From a virus (taxonomy: Duplodnaviria > Caudoviricetes), in the IMG/VR virus record IMGVR_UViG_3300031228_000013, positions 1 to 45,148 of that record: a DNA stretch of 45,148 nucleotides; one strand, written 5' to 3'. Of this stretch, positions 36,418 to 45,134 are shown one piece after another. The notes under the pieces were generated by a model. That model made no database searches and was not told the origin of the DNA. It was given only the letters and a program-made list of their open reading frames with translations. The translations under genes and the position numbers were made by a program. The stretch's first letter is position 1. Every line of letters begins with the position of its first letter.

Positions 36418-37097
36418 TATTTCAAATTAAAGTGATATTTTCTTGAATTTATCCCTACGTATGGATCGAGTACTGAGCCGATATCCACAAACGTATGAGG
36501 ATAATCTTCAAAAGAAGAAATTAAAACCTCACTCATCATTGAGGCTGCCAAGAGAACCACCGCGTTGTTGATACCCTCCACGTGAAACGCTACCTGTTGT
36601 CGGACATGCTCATACTGTGTCCAGCAGTTTAGATTTGGAATGACGATATGAACACATTCTTTGAAGAAATCCGCGAGGTGCGCAGGACCTACCAAAATAA
36701 TATACCGGCCCGCGAGTGCGTTAATAAATTTATCCAAACATCCTTCTATGCTGGCGTTGTGTAGTACGTCGGCGTTGTAAAGTGTTTTGAAATGCCCAAA
36801 GTAACTATTAACATCTTCCGGAATATGGCTAATGGATAATGGTTGTATTCCCACCATATAATTTGGTTCCTGAATAATAGTTTGCCGCAGCGCCGCGCCC
36901 ATATTTGGGAAGTAGGAATGATTGTCACAGTTCTGACCTATCTTCCCGTTCATGCAGTAAATTTCCCCGTCGCCGTAGCGGGCGAACTTGAATACAATGC
37001 CGTCTTTTAGACTGGCTGTCATCATAGAATACGTTACCTGCCAATGTTCCAGGCCGGTAATATTCCAAATGCCACGATCATCTTTTATTGCTTGCAT
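36417..37097 (-). CDS. GT-D fold (DUF1792-like) glycosyltransferase
   Basis: FARYGDGE motif; IILVGP; VDIGSVLDP. Confidence 0.65.
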   Translation of the reverse strand: MQAIKDDRGIWNITGLEHWQVTYSMMTASLKDGIVFKFARYGDGEIYCMNGKIGQNCDNHSYFPNMGAALRQTIIQEPNYMVGIQPLSISHIPEDVNSYFGHFKTLYNADVLHNASIEGCLDKFINALAGRYIILVGPAHLADFFKECVHIVIPNLNCWTQYEHVRQQVAFHVEGINNAVVLLAASMMSEVLISSFEDYPHTFVDIGSVLDPYVGINSRKYHFNLK

Positions 37098-37761
37098 ACA
37101 CTTCTTTTAATTTTTCGTTTCTCCAGGGTTTGTGTAAATGGGGGATGTGTATAAATTCCTTTTGTGTTGTGTAATCCCACTTAATACCGTCATGCACTCC
37201 AGGGTGTTTCCATTGCGCGTATCCGAAGGCCACCTGATCGCGGGAGCTCCATTTTTCTACTTCGCTCCACCATGTTTCACAAAAATTAACCACACGCATA
37301 TCTTTTTGTCGCATTAGGATGCCTGATGATATTAGCCCATTATTTTTCGGTATTCCTATGTCCTCATAGTGTGCATACTGGCGGGCTAACGTTCCCGGAT
37401 CCCCCTTTTTAGCCCTCATACAAGAAATAATATCAGCAAAAAGGCAGTCGTCGAACGGGTGCTGTACCGTTGTGAATGGTGATTTAAACCTTCTCCACCA
37501 TCGGTTAAGGTCAATATTTATCACAAAAGTCGCGTCGATCCATAGCGAAAATTCCGTTTCCATGCACTTATGAAAGTTTATTTTGTACCAGCGTGCGGTT
37601 TTTACCGGGTCGTTATTAATTAGTGGGACTTTTTTTATCTCCCATACAGGGCTTTTGATGTCCTGATCGGTGAAACAGACGTATTTCCAGTGCTGAGTAG
37701 TGAAGAAAGGCTCTTTCAGGTCGTCATAACTTCCGAAGATGGCGGTATAGCAGGTTTTCAT
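37078..37761 (-). CDS. DUF616 (TOD1/MUCI70-like) GT-A glycosyltransferase
   Basis: YTAIFGSYDDL, YVCFTD, SLWIDA, HP...C, SRDQVAF. Confidence 0.8.
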   Translation of the reverse strand: MKTCYTAIFGSYDDLKEPFFTTQHWKYVCFTDQDIKSPVWEIKKVPLINNDPVKTARWYKINFHKCMETEFSLWIDATFVINIDLNRWWRRFKSPFTTVQHPFDDCLFADIISCMRAKKGDPGTLARQYAHYEDIGIPKNNGLISSGILMRQKDMRVVNFCETWWSEVEKWSSRDQVAFGYAQWKHPGVHDGIKWDYTTQKEFIHIPHLHKPWRNEKLKEVYASNKR

Positions 37762-37964
37762 TTACCGGCGCCTTTTGCCATATTCTCTTTTATAATCTTT
37801 ATGGACTGACTGATGTAATGCATAGGCACCGATGTTGTTTTCTGTCCAATAAATGCAGGGGCAACCTCATCACAATATTTATCTAAATGCGATTCCAGTA
37901 AATCAAACGCCTTGTTTACCTCAGACAAAATTAATTGCTGTGCTTTCTTTTCATTTTTGTTCAT
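37758..37964 (-). CDS. Hypothetical protein
   Basis: ATGA-coupled at both ends. Confidence 0.65.
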   Translation of the reverse strand: MNKNEKKAQQLILSEVNKAFDLLESHLDKYCDEVAPAFIGQKTTSVPMHYISQSIKIIKENMAKGAGK

Positions 37965-38494
37965 AGTAAATGTGTTTTATCTGTGATATTATTTAATCGG
38001 TAACTGTGCCAGACATAAACTGAGTCCATCCGGTATATTTTCTTCCCCCTCTCAAGTACATTTGCTGAAAAGTCGTTATCCACCCCCAGACACCTGCCAC
38101 TCTCGGAAAACTTGATCTCGCGCCATGTTTTTTTGCTGATGAGCATAAGAAACCCGCTGATGTGGTGCTTTATGTCTGTAACTTTTATTCCAAATCGTTT
38201 TTGATTGTAAGCCCGGTCCTGATGATATTTTATGCAGGTGTTCTCATTTACCCTGCCGTCTAGCAGCTGATCTACAGCCAGTGGGTGAATACGATTTGTT
38301 AGGCATGTGAATATACCCGTCTCCGGGAAACTACGTACGTACTCGTACATTAAACCGATAGCGTCCGGCGTTAGGAATAGAACATCGTGGTCGATAAGAC
38401 AAACCCAGTCGCGCTCGTCGATATCTTCAAATGCCTGGTTATAAGCCCGGCCCAAATTCTTATCCAGGGCATAGGGTGTTTTCACGTGAATCAT
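37961..38494 (-). CDS. GT-A fold glycosyltransferase
   Basis: NLGRAYN...WVCLIDHD (DxD)...SGFLMLISKKTW...GVDN...YVWH. Confidence 0.78.
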   Translation of the reverse strand: MIHVKTPYALDKNLGRAYNQAFEDIDERDWVCLIDHDVLFLTPDAIGLMYEYVRSFPETGIFTCLTNRIHPLAVDQLLDGRVNENTCIKYHQDRAYNQKRFGIKVTDIKHHISGFLMLISKKTWREIKFSESGRCLGVDNDFSANVLERGKKIYRMDSVYVWHSYRLNNITDKTHLL

Positions 38495-38742
38495 TTTTTA
38501 TTACGTTGTGTTTTTACGTTCCGGAAACTATTGTAGTCCGAGTACTTCCTTTTTCCAAATACCTGTTCGTGGAATATCTCTACCTTTTCATAAGCCTCCA
38601 TGTACGTTGTTGAAGTCCCCATCTCGCTAAAAAATACTTCCTCAAATCCCGCCGCCGTCATTGTGGAATTTGTAAGAAGATCTCTTGAGATTGTTGCAAC
38701 GTTCTCCTTAGAACCGTCGGTATAGATGTAAGTATATTTCAT
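38491..38742 (-). CDS. Small protein following terL (possible DNA-binding late regulator)
   Basis: EAYEKVE...FGKRKYSDYNSFR helical motif; ATGA-coupled to terL. Confidence 0.6.
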   Translation of the reverse strand: MKYTYIYTDGSKENVATISRDLLTNSTMTAAGFEEVFFSEMGTSTTYMEAYEKVEIFHEQVFGKRKYSDYNSFRNVKTQRNKK

Positions 38743-40319
38743 ATTGTGATTACCCCCCTTTCAGAATATACGCTTGTCGGCGGAATGTCCACCATCCATT
38801 CATTGACTGCCATTGCCATGCTTACCCAGGGGTCGATTTTCTTTTCGTCCTTGGGTTTGACTATTTTTATGTTTCTCTCGTCGTCCTCCTTGATTAAAAT
38901 ATTATCGAAGGTCCAGGTAACTACCGGGTTGCCGGAGTGTAAAACCTTCGCGCTCGTGATCATCTCCTTTGTTTTCTTCAGAGCGTTGGAAAGCCCTTTG
39001 CCCTGGCGGTTAATCATGACCGGTACGCCGTGTTTCTCCTGCAATCTGGCGGCAAGATCCTTTGCGTTCCACTCGTCATATCCCATCATCCGGATATAGT
39101 TCGTTTCGTTTATTTGTAGTATCCGGTCCTCGACTAGTGTAAAGTCGATGTTGTTCCCGGGTACAATGGTGATGTGCCCGTCTTTGGCCCATAGATCGTA
39201 ACGGATGTTGAATTTTTTCTGATAATCATCGGCAGCTTTTTCCGGGATCCAGATATTCCAGAACGGAATAATGGTTTCGGTCGCCGAGTCGTAGTATAAT
39301 TCGCAAAGTGAGGTAAGGTCGGAAGTAGACGAAAGGTCAAGGCCCAGCCAGACAAACTCCCCGTGATAATCTTTGCGTGAAATTTCTTCATTGACAAGCG
39401 AAGTCCAATATTCAGTTTTGATCCATTTGGTTTCTGAACTTGTCCACTGGCCCAGCCTCAGTCTCCGGAAACTGTTTTCATTGGCCGGGTCGTTCTCGAC
39501 CTCTTTTGCTTCAGCTTCGATACTTTCCCGCAGGTTTTCGGAATAGTCGTATAGTGGGTTGCAGCTTCGCCATGTCTCCGGCGAAAGGATGTCAGCTTGT
39601 GGGTCGCTCTCATATATTACACACCAATAAGAATCATCTTCAATGGATCCGGATAATAGTTTTTGTGAGTAGGAATAATGGTAGTAGCAGATTGAAAGTT
39701 TGTCCGTCCCGGGCGTGGTGATCATGATCCCCAGTGGGTTGGAACGCTGGCCGGTGGACGTGTTCAAAGTGTCGTACAAGTCCCTGTTTTTTGCTACGTG
39801 AAGCTCATCATAAATCCAGGCGTGGGAGTTGAAACCGTGTTTGGTTTCGGATTTAGAGGTGATTTTCTTGATGAATGAGTCTTTGTATGTAATGGAGGCG
39901 GTGAACACTTTGGCGGCCTTCCGGAGCACCGCGTCCTTCTCCACCATCTTTTTAGCCGCAGCGAACAAGAGGCCGGCCTGCTCATCATCCCCAGCACAAT
40001 TATAGATCTGTGCTGAATTCTCGCCATCGTTGAAAAGCAGGCCATTTTCGACCCCGGCCATCATGGTTGTTTTGGCATTTTTTCGCGGCATTTGGATGTA
40101 AGCCTTGCGGATCAGGCGCTTGCCATTGTCGCGTTTCAGACCGAAGATTGGGCGTAGAATCTCATTTTTGAAGGTGTCAGGGAGGATAAGAGGCTCGCCG
40201 GAAAGATCGCCCTCGACGTGCCGGCAGTGCTTTTCAATGAAGGATATTTTTTCATCGGCGGCCTTCGCGTCGTACCTGTACTTTTTCTTTAGCGTCTCAA
40301 ATCTTTCTAATGCCGTCAC
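38739..40319 (-). CDS. terL: Terminase large subunit
   Basis: PRKNAKT Walker A, YDELH Walker B, ITT, GLDLSSTSD nuclease, KIDP. Confidence 0.96.
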   Translation of the reverse strand: MTALERFETLKKKYRYDAKAADEKISFIEKHCRHVEGDLSGEPLILPDTFKNEILRPIFGLKRDNGKRLIRKAYIQMPRKNAKTTMMAGVENGLLFNDGENSAQIYNCAGDDEQAGLLFAAAKKMVEKDAVLRKAAKVFTASITYKDSFIKKITSKSETKHGFNSHAWIYDELHVAKNRDLYDTLNTSTGQRSNPLGIMITTPGTDKLSICYYHYSYSQKLLSGSIEDDSYWCVIYESDPQADILSPETWRSCNPLYDYSENLRESIEAEAKEVENDPANENSFRRLRLGQWTSSETKWIKTEYWTSLVNEEISRKDYHGEFVWLGLDLSSTSDLTSLCELYYDSATETIIPFWNIWIPEKAADDYQKKFNIRYDLWAKDGHITIVPGNNIDFTLVEDRILQINETNYIRMMGYDEWNAKDLAARLQEKHGVPVMINRQGKGLSNALKKTKEMITSAKVLHSGNPVVTWTFDNILIKEDDERNIKIVKPKDEKKIDPWVSMAMAVNEWMVDIPPTSVYSERGVITI

Positions 40320-40383
40320 TTGATAGTATACCCGTTTTCAACTATATTTACAGTTGAAGGTATAGGTATAGTACAAGGTATTG

Positions 40384-40408
40384 GCCCCGTTGGTAGCGGG
40401 GCTTTTTT
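40384..40408 (+). terminator. Antisense-oriented intrinsic terminator between terS and terL
   Basis: GCCCCG-TTGGTAG-CGGGGC-TTTTTT on the + strand. Confidence 0.55.
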
Positions 40409-40868
40409 ATTTCAGCAGGCTCATTTCCTTGCCTTCTTTCTTCGCTGCTAACGGGATCTTTTGAACATCCAGCGGGCTAAACCCGAACTTCGCCCCGTAT
40501 TTATCGATCACTTTCGTGGCTTCTGACAGCACAGCCAGCGATGGATTCTGAACCCGGTACACCTGGCCTTTCGTCCCGATCTCTTCAATGATAAAACCCT
40601 CATCCATTAAGCTGTTTTCAGCCGTCCGGGCCATCCATACCGCCCAACAATACCGCCGCAGTGGCTCGAGACACGCTTTCGCTAGGTACCCCGCTTTCTT
40701 CAAATCATGGCAGCGGTCATTCCAAAACGACTGTAGCGGATAAGGCCACCCCGCCGGACATGCCGGCATCCGTTCCCCGCTCCATTCCTCCAATTCTACC
40801 GGTTCGACCTCCTTAGAGGGTTCGAACGTCCCTTGCATTTCCTTCTCTTCCTTCGTTTTTGCCCTCAT
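40407..40868 (-). CDS. terS: Terminase small subunit, P27 family
   Basis: LRRYC...EGFI...QNP...KFGFSP; between HNH and terL. Confidence 0.88.
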   Translation of the reverse strand: MRAKTKEEKEMQGTFEPSKEVEPVELEEWSGERMPACPAGWPYPLQSFWNDRCHDLKKAGYLAKACLEPLRRYCWAVWMARTAENSLMDEGFIIEEIGTKGQVYRVQNPSLAVLSEATKVIDKYGAKFGFSPLDVQKIPLAAKKEGKEMSLLK

Positions 40869-40904
40869 ATAGCCCTTTTATAACTAAAAATTTAGTTTCA
40901 AACA

Positions 40905-40975
40905 TTGCGTGCGGGGAATTCCTGCTGCTCTGCGGTCTGCCAGTTTGGGAATCGCCGTGATTTTAGTCCCCCCTT
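40905..40975 (-). other. Probable cos (packaging) region
   Basis: Non-coding gap between HNH and terS with G-run, A-run, then GACCGCAGAGC on the minus strand, as in HNH-associated cos phages; cut site not determinable. Confidence 0.45.
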
Positions 40976-41005
40976 GGGTTGCTGTCTTGTTGTGGGAATA
41001 TATCA

Positions 41006-41308
41006 TCATCTTCTTTCCTCCTTGGTCTTGATTGAATGGCATGATTTACTTAATGCCTGCATATTAACAGTATCAAATGGATCTCTCCCCATGATTGTAA
41101 CCCATATTACCAATGGTATGATGTGGTCGGTTACTTCGCTTCTCTCTGTTAGCCCTATATCAAGGCACATCTTGCATAATGGGTTAGCCTTTCTGAATGC
41201 AAGTGATGTCTTTGTCCATCGTGCCGATTGGTAGAAAGCCCGGAAATTTCCGCCCTGTCTGTGGGAAGTAGGGGCACTATTATCTCGTCTACGGTTAAGA
41301 GTGGGCAT
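41006..41308 (-). CDS. HNH endonuclease (terminase-associated, HK97 gp74-like)
   Basis: FYQSARW...NPLCKMC...VTDHIIP...NMQALSKSCHSIKT. Confidence 0.9.
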   Translation of the reverse strand: MPTLNRRRDNSAPTSHRQGGNFRAFYQSARWTKTSLAFRKANPLCKMCLDIGLTERSEVTDHIIPLVIWVTIMGRDPFDTVNMQALSKSCHSIKTKEERR

Positions 41309-41319
41309 TGAACCAAAGA

Positions 41320-41604
41320 TTATTCTGTTTTGTTGTCTCCATGCGGTGGCTGACTATCATTTTGTTTGGCTTTTAGTAAATCAGAGACGTCGACAAACAG
41401 CTCTATCCTTGCCCTCGGTGGCTCATTAATACGCTCAATGATGGTGCAATGGAGTTGTTTTGGGACTATCTCACCGTTGGGCATGGCCAGTAAGAAGTGC
41501 GTACCGTCTGATACGATCTTACAAACAGGGCTTTGGAATGTCCTGTTGTGGTTGGTTGACCACTTCTCGAACCCAATTAAATAGCCGAATATCTTGAATG
41601 TCAT
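41320..41604 (-). CDS. Hypothetical protein
   Basis: ORF within operon. Confidence 0.6.
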   Translation of the reverse strand: MTFKIFGYLIGFEKWSTNHNRTFQSPVCKIVSDGTHFLLAMPNGEIVPKQLHCTIIERINEPPRARIELFVDVSDLLKAKQNDSQPPHGDNKTE

Positions 41605-41759
41605 TCCTTCTCCTTTAACCGTTCCAAACCTCGTTTATAGGCCTTTAATGCTTGATTATTGGTGGAAATGTTCTCTTTTATGAGCTTCATTTTCTTTTGA
41701 TCGTCGGCGATTTCTTGCTCGATGGCCTCGATCTTTTGTTCTAGTAGAGATGTGTCCAT
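41601..41759 (-). CDS. 52-aa coiled-coil protein; not in ORF track
   Basis: MDTSLLEQKIEAIEQEI...; coupled at both ends. Confidence 0.65.
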   Translation of the reverse strand: MDTSLLEQKIEAIEQEIADDQKKMKLIKENISTNNQALKAYKRGLERLKEKE

Positions 41760-42130
41760 TATTTTAGCGCATTGTTAATTGCCTGTTCCATTTTCTGCCT
41801 CTCGTTGGCTTCATTAATCATCCGGTCGATATAAGTCTCTGCTTGTTTTATAAAGCCATCGATTGTGCTCGCTACGTGTTTGTGATCTGACGTGGTATAT
41901 ACACCCTGACCGTCAGGGTATCTGACATGAACCTCAAGGCTGATGTATCCATTATGACGATAATCATTATAATCATCGTCTTTATCTTCAACGGTCCAAA
42001 TTTTATAAGTATACCCGCGATAGGTTCTCATTCGCCCTAATTCCGGCTTCTCATCACCATGTTGCCTTCTCTGCATCTCAGCGGTAGTGGGCCAAAAGAA
42101 CCAAAGTATTGCCCTCAAAAATTGTTTCAT
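41759..42130 (-). CDS. Hypothetical protein
   Basis: Coupled ORF. Confidence 0.7.
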   Translation of the reverse strand: MKQFLRAILWFFWPTTAEMQRRQHGDEKPELGRMRTYRGYTYKIWTVEDKDDDYNDYRHNGYISLEVHVRYPDGQGVYTTSDHKHVASTIDGFIKQAETYIDRMINEANERQKMEQAINNALK

Positions 42131-42294
42131 TGCTTATTTATTAAGTCTCTTATCCATTGCCATGCTATCCGATGATGAGAGGGAACAGACCTTAATGGCT
42201 CATTTAGGATTTTAAACGCGTAAGCCTCCGACTCTTTACGTTCCTCCGGCGTCAGTTCCGCTAATGTTTTGCCTTTAAATGTTAGGGCTTTCAT
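42127..42294 (-). CDS. 55-aa hypothetical protein; not in ORF track
   Basis: MKALTFKGKTLAELTPEER...; ATGA-coupled at both ends. Confidence 0.6.
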   Translation of the reverse strand: MKALTFKGKTLAELTPEERKESEAYAFKILNEPLRSVPSHHRIAWQWIRDLINKQ

Positions 42295-42629
42295 CCTTTA
42301 TTAATAAGGTCTCTTATCCTTGCGGCTTCTTCAAAATCTTCACGGTCGAGGGCGTCTTTCAAGCGTTGTTCTATTGATACTTTCTTGTAAATCTCGTCGC
42401 TATGGCTTATAAACCTCAGGTCTTCCGGTGTTAGTCCTACGCAGTATTTGAGGTAGTATGTGCTTAGTAGTTCTGGATTTATTCCGTAGGCAGACATTAT
42501 TTCTCGCTTCTGTTTTTCCTGTTTTCGCTCCGCTTTCTTTTTACTCTGATTATACAGATAAAATGACAAGGCAATCATTACCGCCATCCCTGTGAATAAT
42601 CCTGAAATGAATAGAGCCATAGAATGCAT
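42291..42629 (-). CDS. Membrane-anchored protein with C-terminal UvrB/UvrC (UVR) motif
   Basis: N-terminal TM; LKDALDREDFEEAARIRDLI. Confidence 0.7.
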   Translation of the reverse strand: MHSMALFISGLFTGMAVMIALSFYLYNQSKKKAERKQEKQKREIMSAYGINPELLSTYYLKYCVGLTPEDLRFISHSDEIYKKVSIEQRLKDALDREDFEEAARIRDLINKG

Positions 42630-42630
42630 C

Positions 42631-42873
42631 TTATTTATCGAATTGCCGCATGTTGATATAGATAAGCGTCCCTATCCGGGTGAGTTTAATTTCTCCGCGC
42701 TTCTCTGCTCGCCAAATTGTGATTCTTGATATCTTTTTCTCTTTACAGAAATCAACTAACGACACAAGGGAATCTGTTCCGCTAGGTGTCTGCCGCGCTA
42801 ATTCCTCTCTGACAATTTGCCGGATAATATGCTTGAAAGAATCTACTAAAGAATTGTATAAAATTTTATTCAT
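42631..42873 (-). CDS. Excisionase-like HTH protein
   Basis: QIVREEL...FCKEKKISRITIWRAEKRGEIKLTRIG. Confidence 0.7.
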   Translation of the reverse strand: MNKILYNSLVDSFKHIIRQIVREELARQTPSGTDSLVSLVDFCKEKKISRITIWRAEKRGEIKLTRIGTLIYINMRQFDK

Positions 42874-42884
42874 CCTGCTAATTT

Positions 42885-42929
42885 AAAAAAAAGACAGCCC
42901 GGGCCGACTCTCAACGACCCAGGACTGCC
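42885..42929 (-). terminator. Intrinsic terminator ending the integrase operon
   Basis: Minus strand GCAGTCCTGGGTCG...CGGCCCGGGCTGTC followed by T8. Confidence 0.65.
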
Positions 42930-42973
42930 TTAAACCCCACTACAAACTATTTTTTAATTTCATTGTGCTTTTC

Positions 42974-43336
42974 TTAGTTGCTTATCTTCAATTCCTCGCC
43001 TGTTAGAGCGAAATACAGATTCTGTAGTTGGTGGACGAACTCAATTTCGGCATCTTCATACTCGTTATTATAGCAGCGAGTCCATTTCCCATTTTCAAAA
43101 TGAATCACGTACATCATCCCCGAAATCCTGTAAGTGGTCGTCTGACTTTCTACTCTTTTCTTAAACCCAAACTTCAATAGCCATTCTTCTGTGAGGGGGA
43201 TGGGTTCAAAATGATCCTCTATGAGCGCTTCATGGATCTCGTCGACATCTATCAGACAGACATTTAGCCCGGTGACCTTTACAGCATTGCCTCTGTAGTA
43301 AATCCAATTCCCGATCCTTAATTCTGATGCTTTCAT
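42974..43336 (-). CDS. YopX-like Bacteroidota phage protein
   Basis: ELRIGNW...EPIPLTEEWLLKFGF...VHQLQNLYFALTGEEL. Confidence 0.8.
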   Translation of the reverse strand: MKASELRIGNWIYYRGNAVKVTGLNVCLIDVDEIHEALIEDHFEPIPLTEEWLLKFGFKKRVESQTTTYRISGMMYVIHFENGKWTRCYNNEYEDAEIEFVHQLQNLYFALTGEELKISN

Positions 43337-44652
43337 TGTGCTTTTCTTAAAGTTTTTGTTTCGATGCCTTTAAGATACGATTCAGCAACGTACAATTCCG
43401 CCCTGCCCAGGTAATGGCGTTCGATTGTTTTTATTGACGTGCCGGTAAAATCACTGATCACTTTCACTGGAACGCCCATACCGCCGAGGATCGTAATAAA
43501 GGACCTTTTGCCTGAATGGCTGCTGATGTATTCCCACTTCTGGCCTGGTATCCGGATCTTCTTATTTCCTTGCCAGCGTTCGATGTAGATTTCCTGAGTG
43601 ATGCCGGCCAACTTGCAGATTGTTTTGATGTGCTTGTTTAAGTGCTGTTCGCTCATGGAGGGGAGTTGTCCGCCGTACTTTTGAACGATGTCCACAACCG
43701 GGGCGCAGAATCCAACTAACGGGAGTTGGACTATTTTTTGCTTTTGGCGGCTGCCTTTCTTTTGGTGGATTTCCCAGGTGCCGGTGGCGATGGCAAGACT
43801 ACTGATTCTCTTAACATCAGAGATTCTTTGTCCCGTTCTGCAAGCCACTGAAAGATAGTCTTTCGCAATTCTAAGATGGCTTTTCCCTTCTCCGAATCTG
43901 AGCGCTTCAATTCTTTGGAGTTCATCTAATGTCAGGCTTATAATTGGATATTCTCGTTTTATAATCTCCCAGGACTTGTAAGAAGGATTAACCGGGTAAC
44001 CTCTTTTTTCAGCCCAATGGCAAAGAGTTTTGATGTGCGTGATATACTTGTAAACAGCATCATCAAATAATCCAATGCGATGTACAGGGTTATCACTGGC
44101 AAACATAGTAAGTACGCCGCTAGCGCTATCGTGCCTAAGATCAAAGCCAGTATAAAGCGGGTTGTCCGAATTATAGAGGAACTCTTTGAACCCGTCGTAA
44201 AAATTGAAGTCCAGTTCATCGAATGTGAGTTTAGGATTAAACGCCTCCAACTTCTTCAATATCGATCGGTACATTTTTACCGTCGTGCTTTCTTTCTCCC
44301 TGGAATACTGCGCAATTAACAGACCGAGGGTATAGATTACCGTTTTTTTTTCATCGGTGGGCGCATGGCCCTTCACTGCCTTCGTGATCAAGACTTTCAG
44401 GTCCGGACCGCTGGCCGCTTTGTTGTCGCGCCAAATGTCCAAAAGGTCAGCTTCGATGCTCGAGAGGTGCCGGTTGATGCGATCATGTTGTTTTTTGTGT
44501 TTGGAAGAAACGCGCTGTCCTTCCCACATGGTCGGGGGAATGTTCTCACCGGTGGAGAAATCCAGTGGCCCGGTTTGGGTTGAATAGAAACGAACAACGA
44601 TAAGGCTGATCGCTGCTTTGGGATTTTTGAGGCGGAATTTTACTGAGGCCAT
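43333..44652 (-). CDS. int: Tyrosine recombinase / phage integrase
   Basis: Arm-binding N-terminus (STGENIPPTMW), SAM-like domain, TGQRISD, SSHSGKRSF, ERHY. Confidence 0.93.
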   Translation of the reverse strand: MASVKFRLKNPKAAISLIVVRFYSTQTGPLDFSTGENIPPTMWEGQRVSSKHKKQHDRINRHLSSIEADLLDIWRDNKAASGPDLKVLITKAVKGHAPTDEKKTVIYTLGLLIAQYSREKESTTVKMYRSILKKLEAFNPKLTFDELDFNFYDGFKEFLYNSDNPLYTGFDLRHDSASGVLTMFASDNPVHRIGLFDDAVYKYITHIKTLCHWAEKRGYPVNPSYKSWEIIKREYPIISLTLDELQRIEALRFGEGKSHLRIAKDYLSVACRTGQRISDVKRISSLAIATGTWEIHQKKGSRQKQKIVQLPLVGFCAPVVDIVQKYGGQLPSMSEQHLNKHIKTICKLAGITQEIYIERWQGNKKIRIPGQKWEYISSHSGKRSFITILGGMGVPVKVISDFTGTSIKTIERHYLGRAELYVAESYLKGIETKTLRKAQ

Positions 44653-44981
44653 GAGTGGATGATTTTGGTTGGTGATGCGATCTCAAACAAAGCCTCTCTC
44701 GCCTCCTTTAAAGTATCAAACTTCAATGTTAGGCACTCAAGAAAAACATGACCGTCCTGCGGCTGGCCATAAACATCCAATGTAACCCACTCATTGCGGT
44801 ACGCTTGTTTCCCGTACCATGTCAGTCCATCACGTACTTTGATTAATTTTTCTGGGTAAAATCCACGGCGGGTTTCTGTTATTCGGTAAGTACCCTCAAT
44901 AATAATCTCGCGTTGTTTTGAGATTAGTCCTCTAAATTCAGGAGAATTGGTTGGGGTAATAAATGGTTTCTTTTTAGCCAT
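44640..44981 (-). CDS. Hypothetical protein between att and integrase (start reassigned to ATG 44981)
   Basis: Overlaps the int start; follows a promoter element. Confidence 0.65.
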   Translation of the reverse strand: MAKKKPFITPTNSPEFRGLISKQREIIIEGTYRITETRRGFYPEKLIKVRDGLTWYGKQAYRNEWVTLDVYGQPQDGHVFLECLTLKFDTLKEAREALFEIASPTKIIHSWPQ

Positions 44982-44990
44982 ATTGCTGTT

Positions 44991-45019
44991 CAAATATACA
45001 GCAGATATCGGTCTACAAA
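44991..45019 (-). promoter_or_regulatory. Promoter of the integrase operon
   Basis: TATATTTG at 44998-44991; TTTG at 45019-45016 (17-nt spacer, slightly short). Confidence 0.55.
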
Positions 45020-45134
45020 TGGTCTATATGGAATAGTGAAACCTAGCGAATAACAAAGTGTCTTGTACGTATTAAGAACACCGTTTCCATTCGTGTGGGT
45101 TCGCTCTAAACCACCATCTGTAGTCCGTACGGGA
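45009..45134 (+). repeat. Terminal direct repeat, right copy
   Basis: Identical to 1-126. Confidence 0.97.

Noticed and set aside
35379-38742. Two genes both starting MKYTY (35393 and 38742) as a duplication scar
   Set aside because: Codons differ at most third positions and similarity stops after five residues; probably chance
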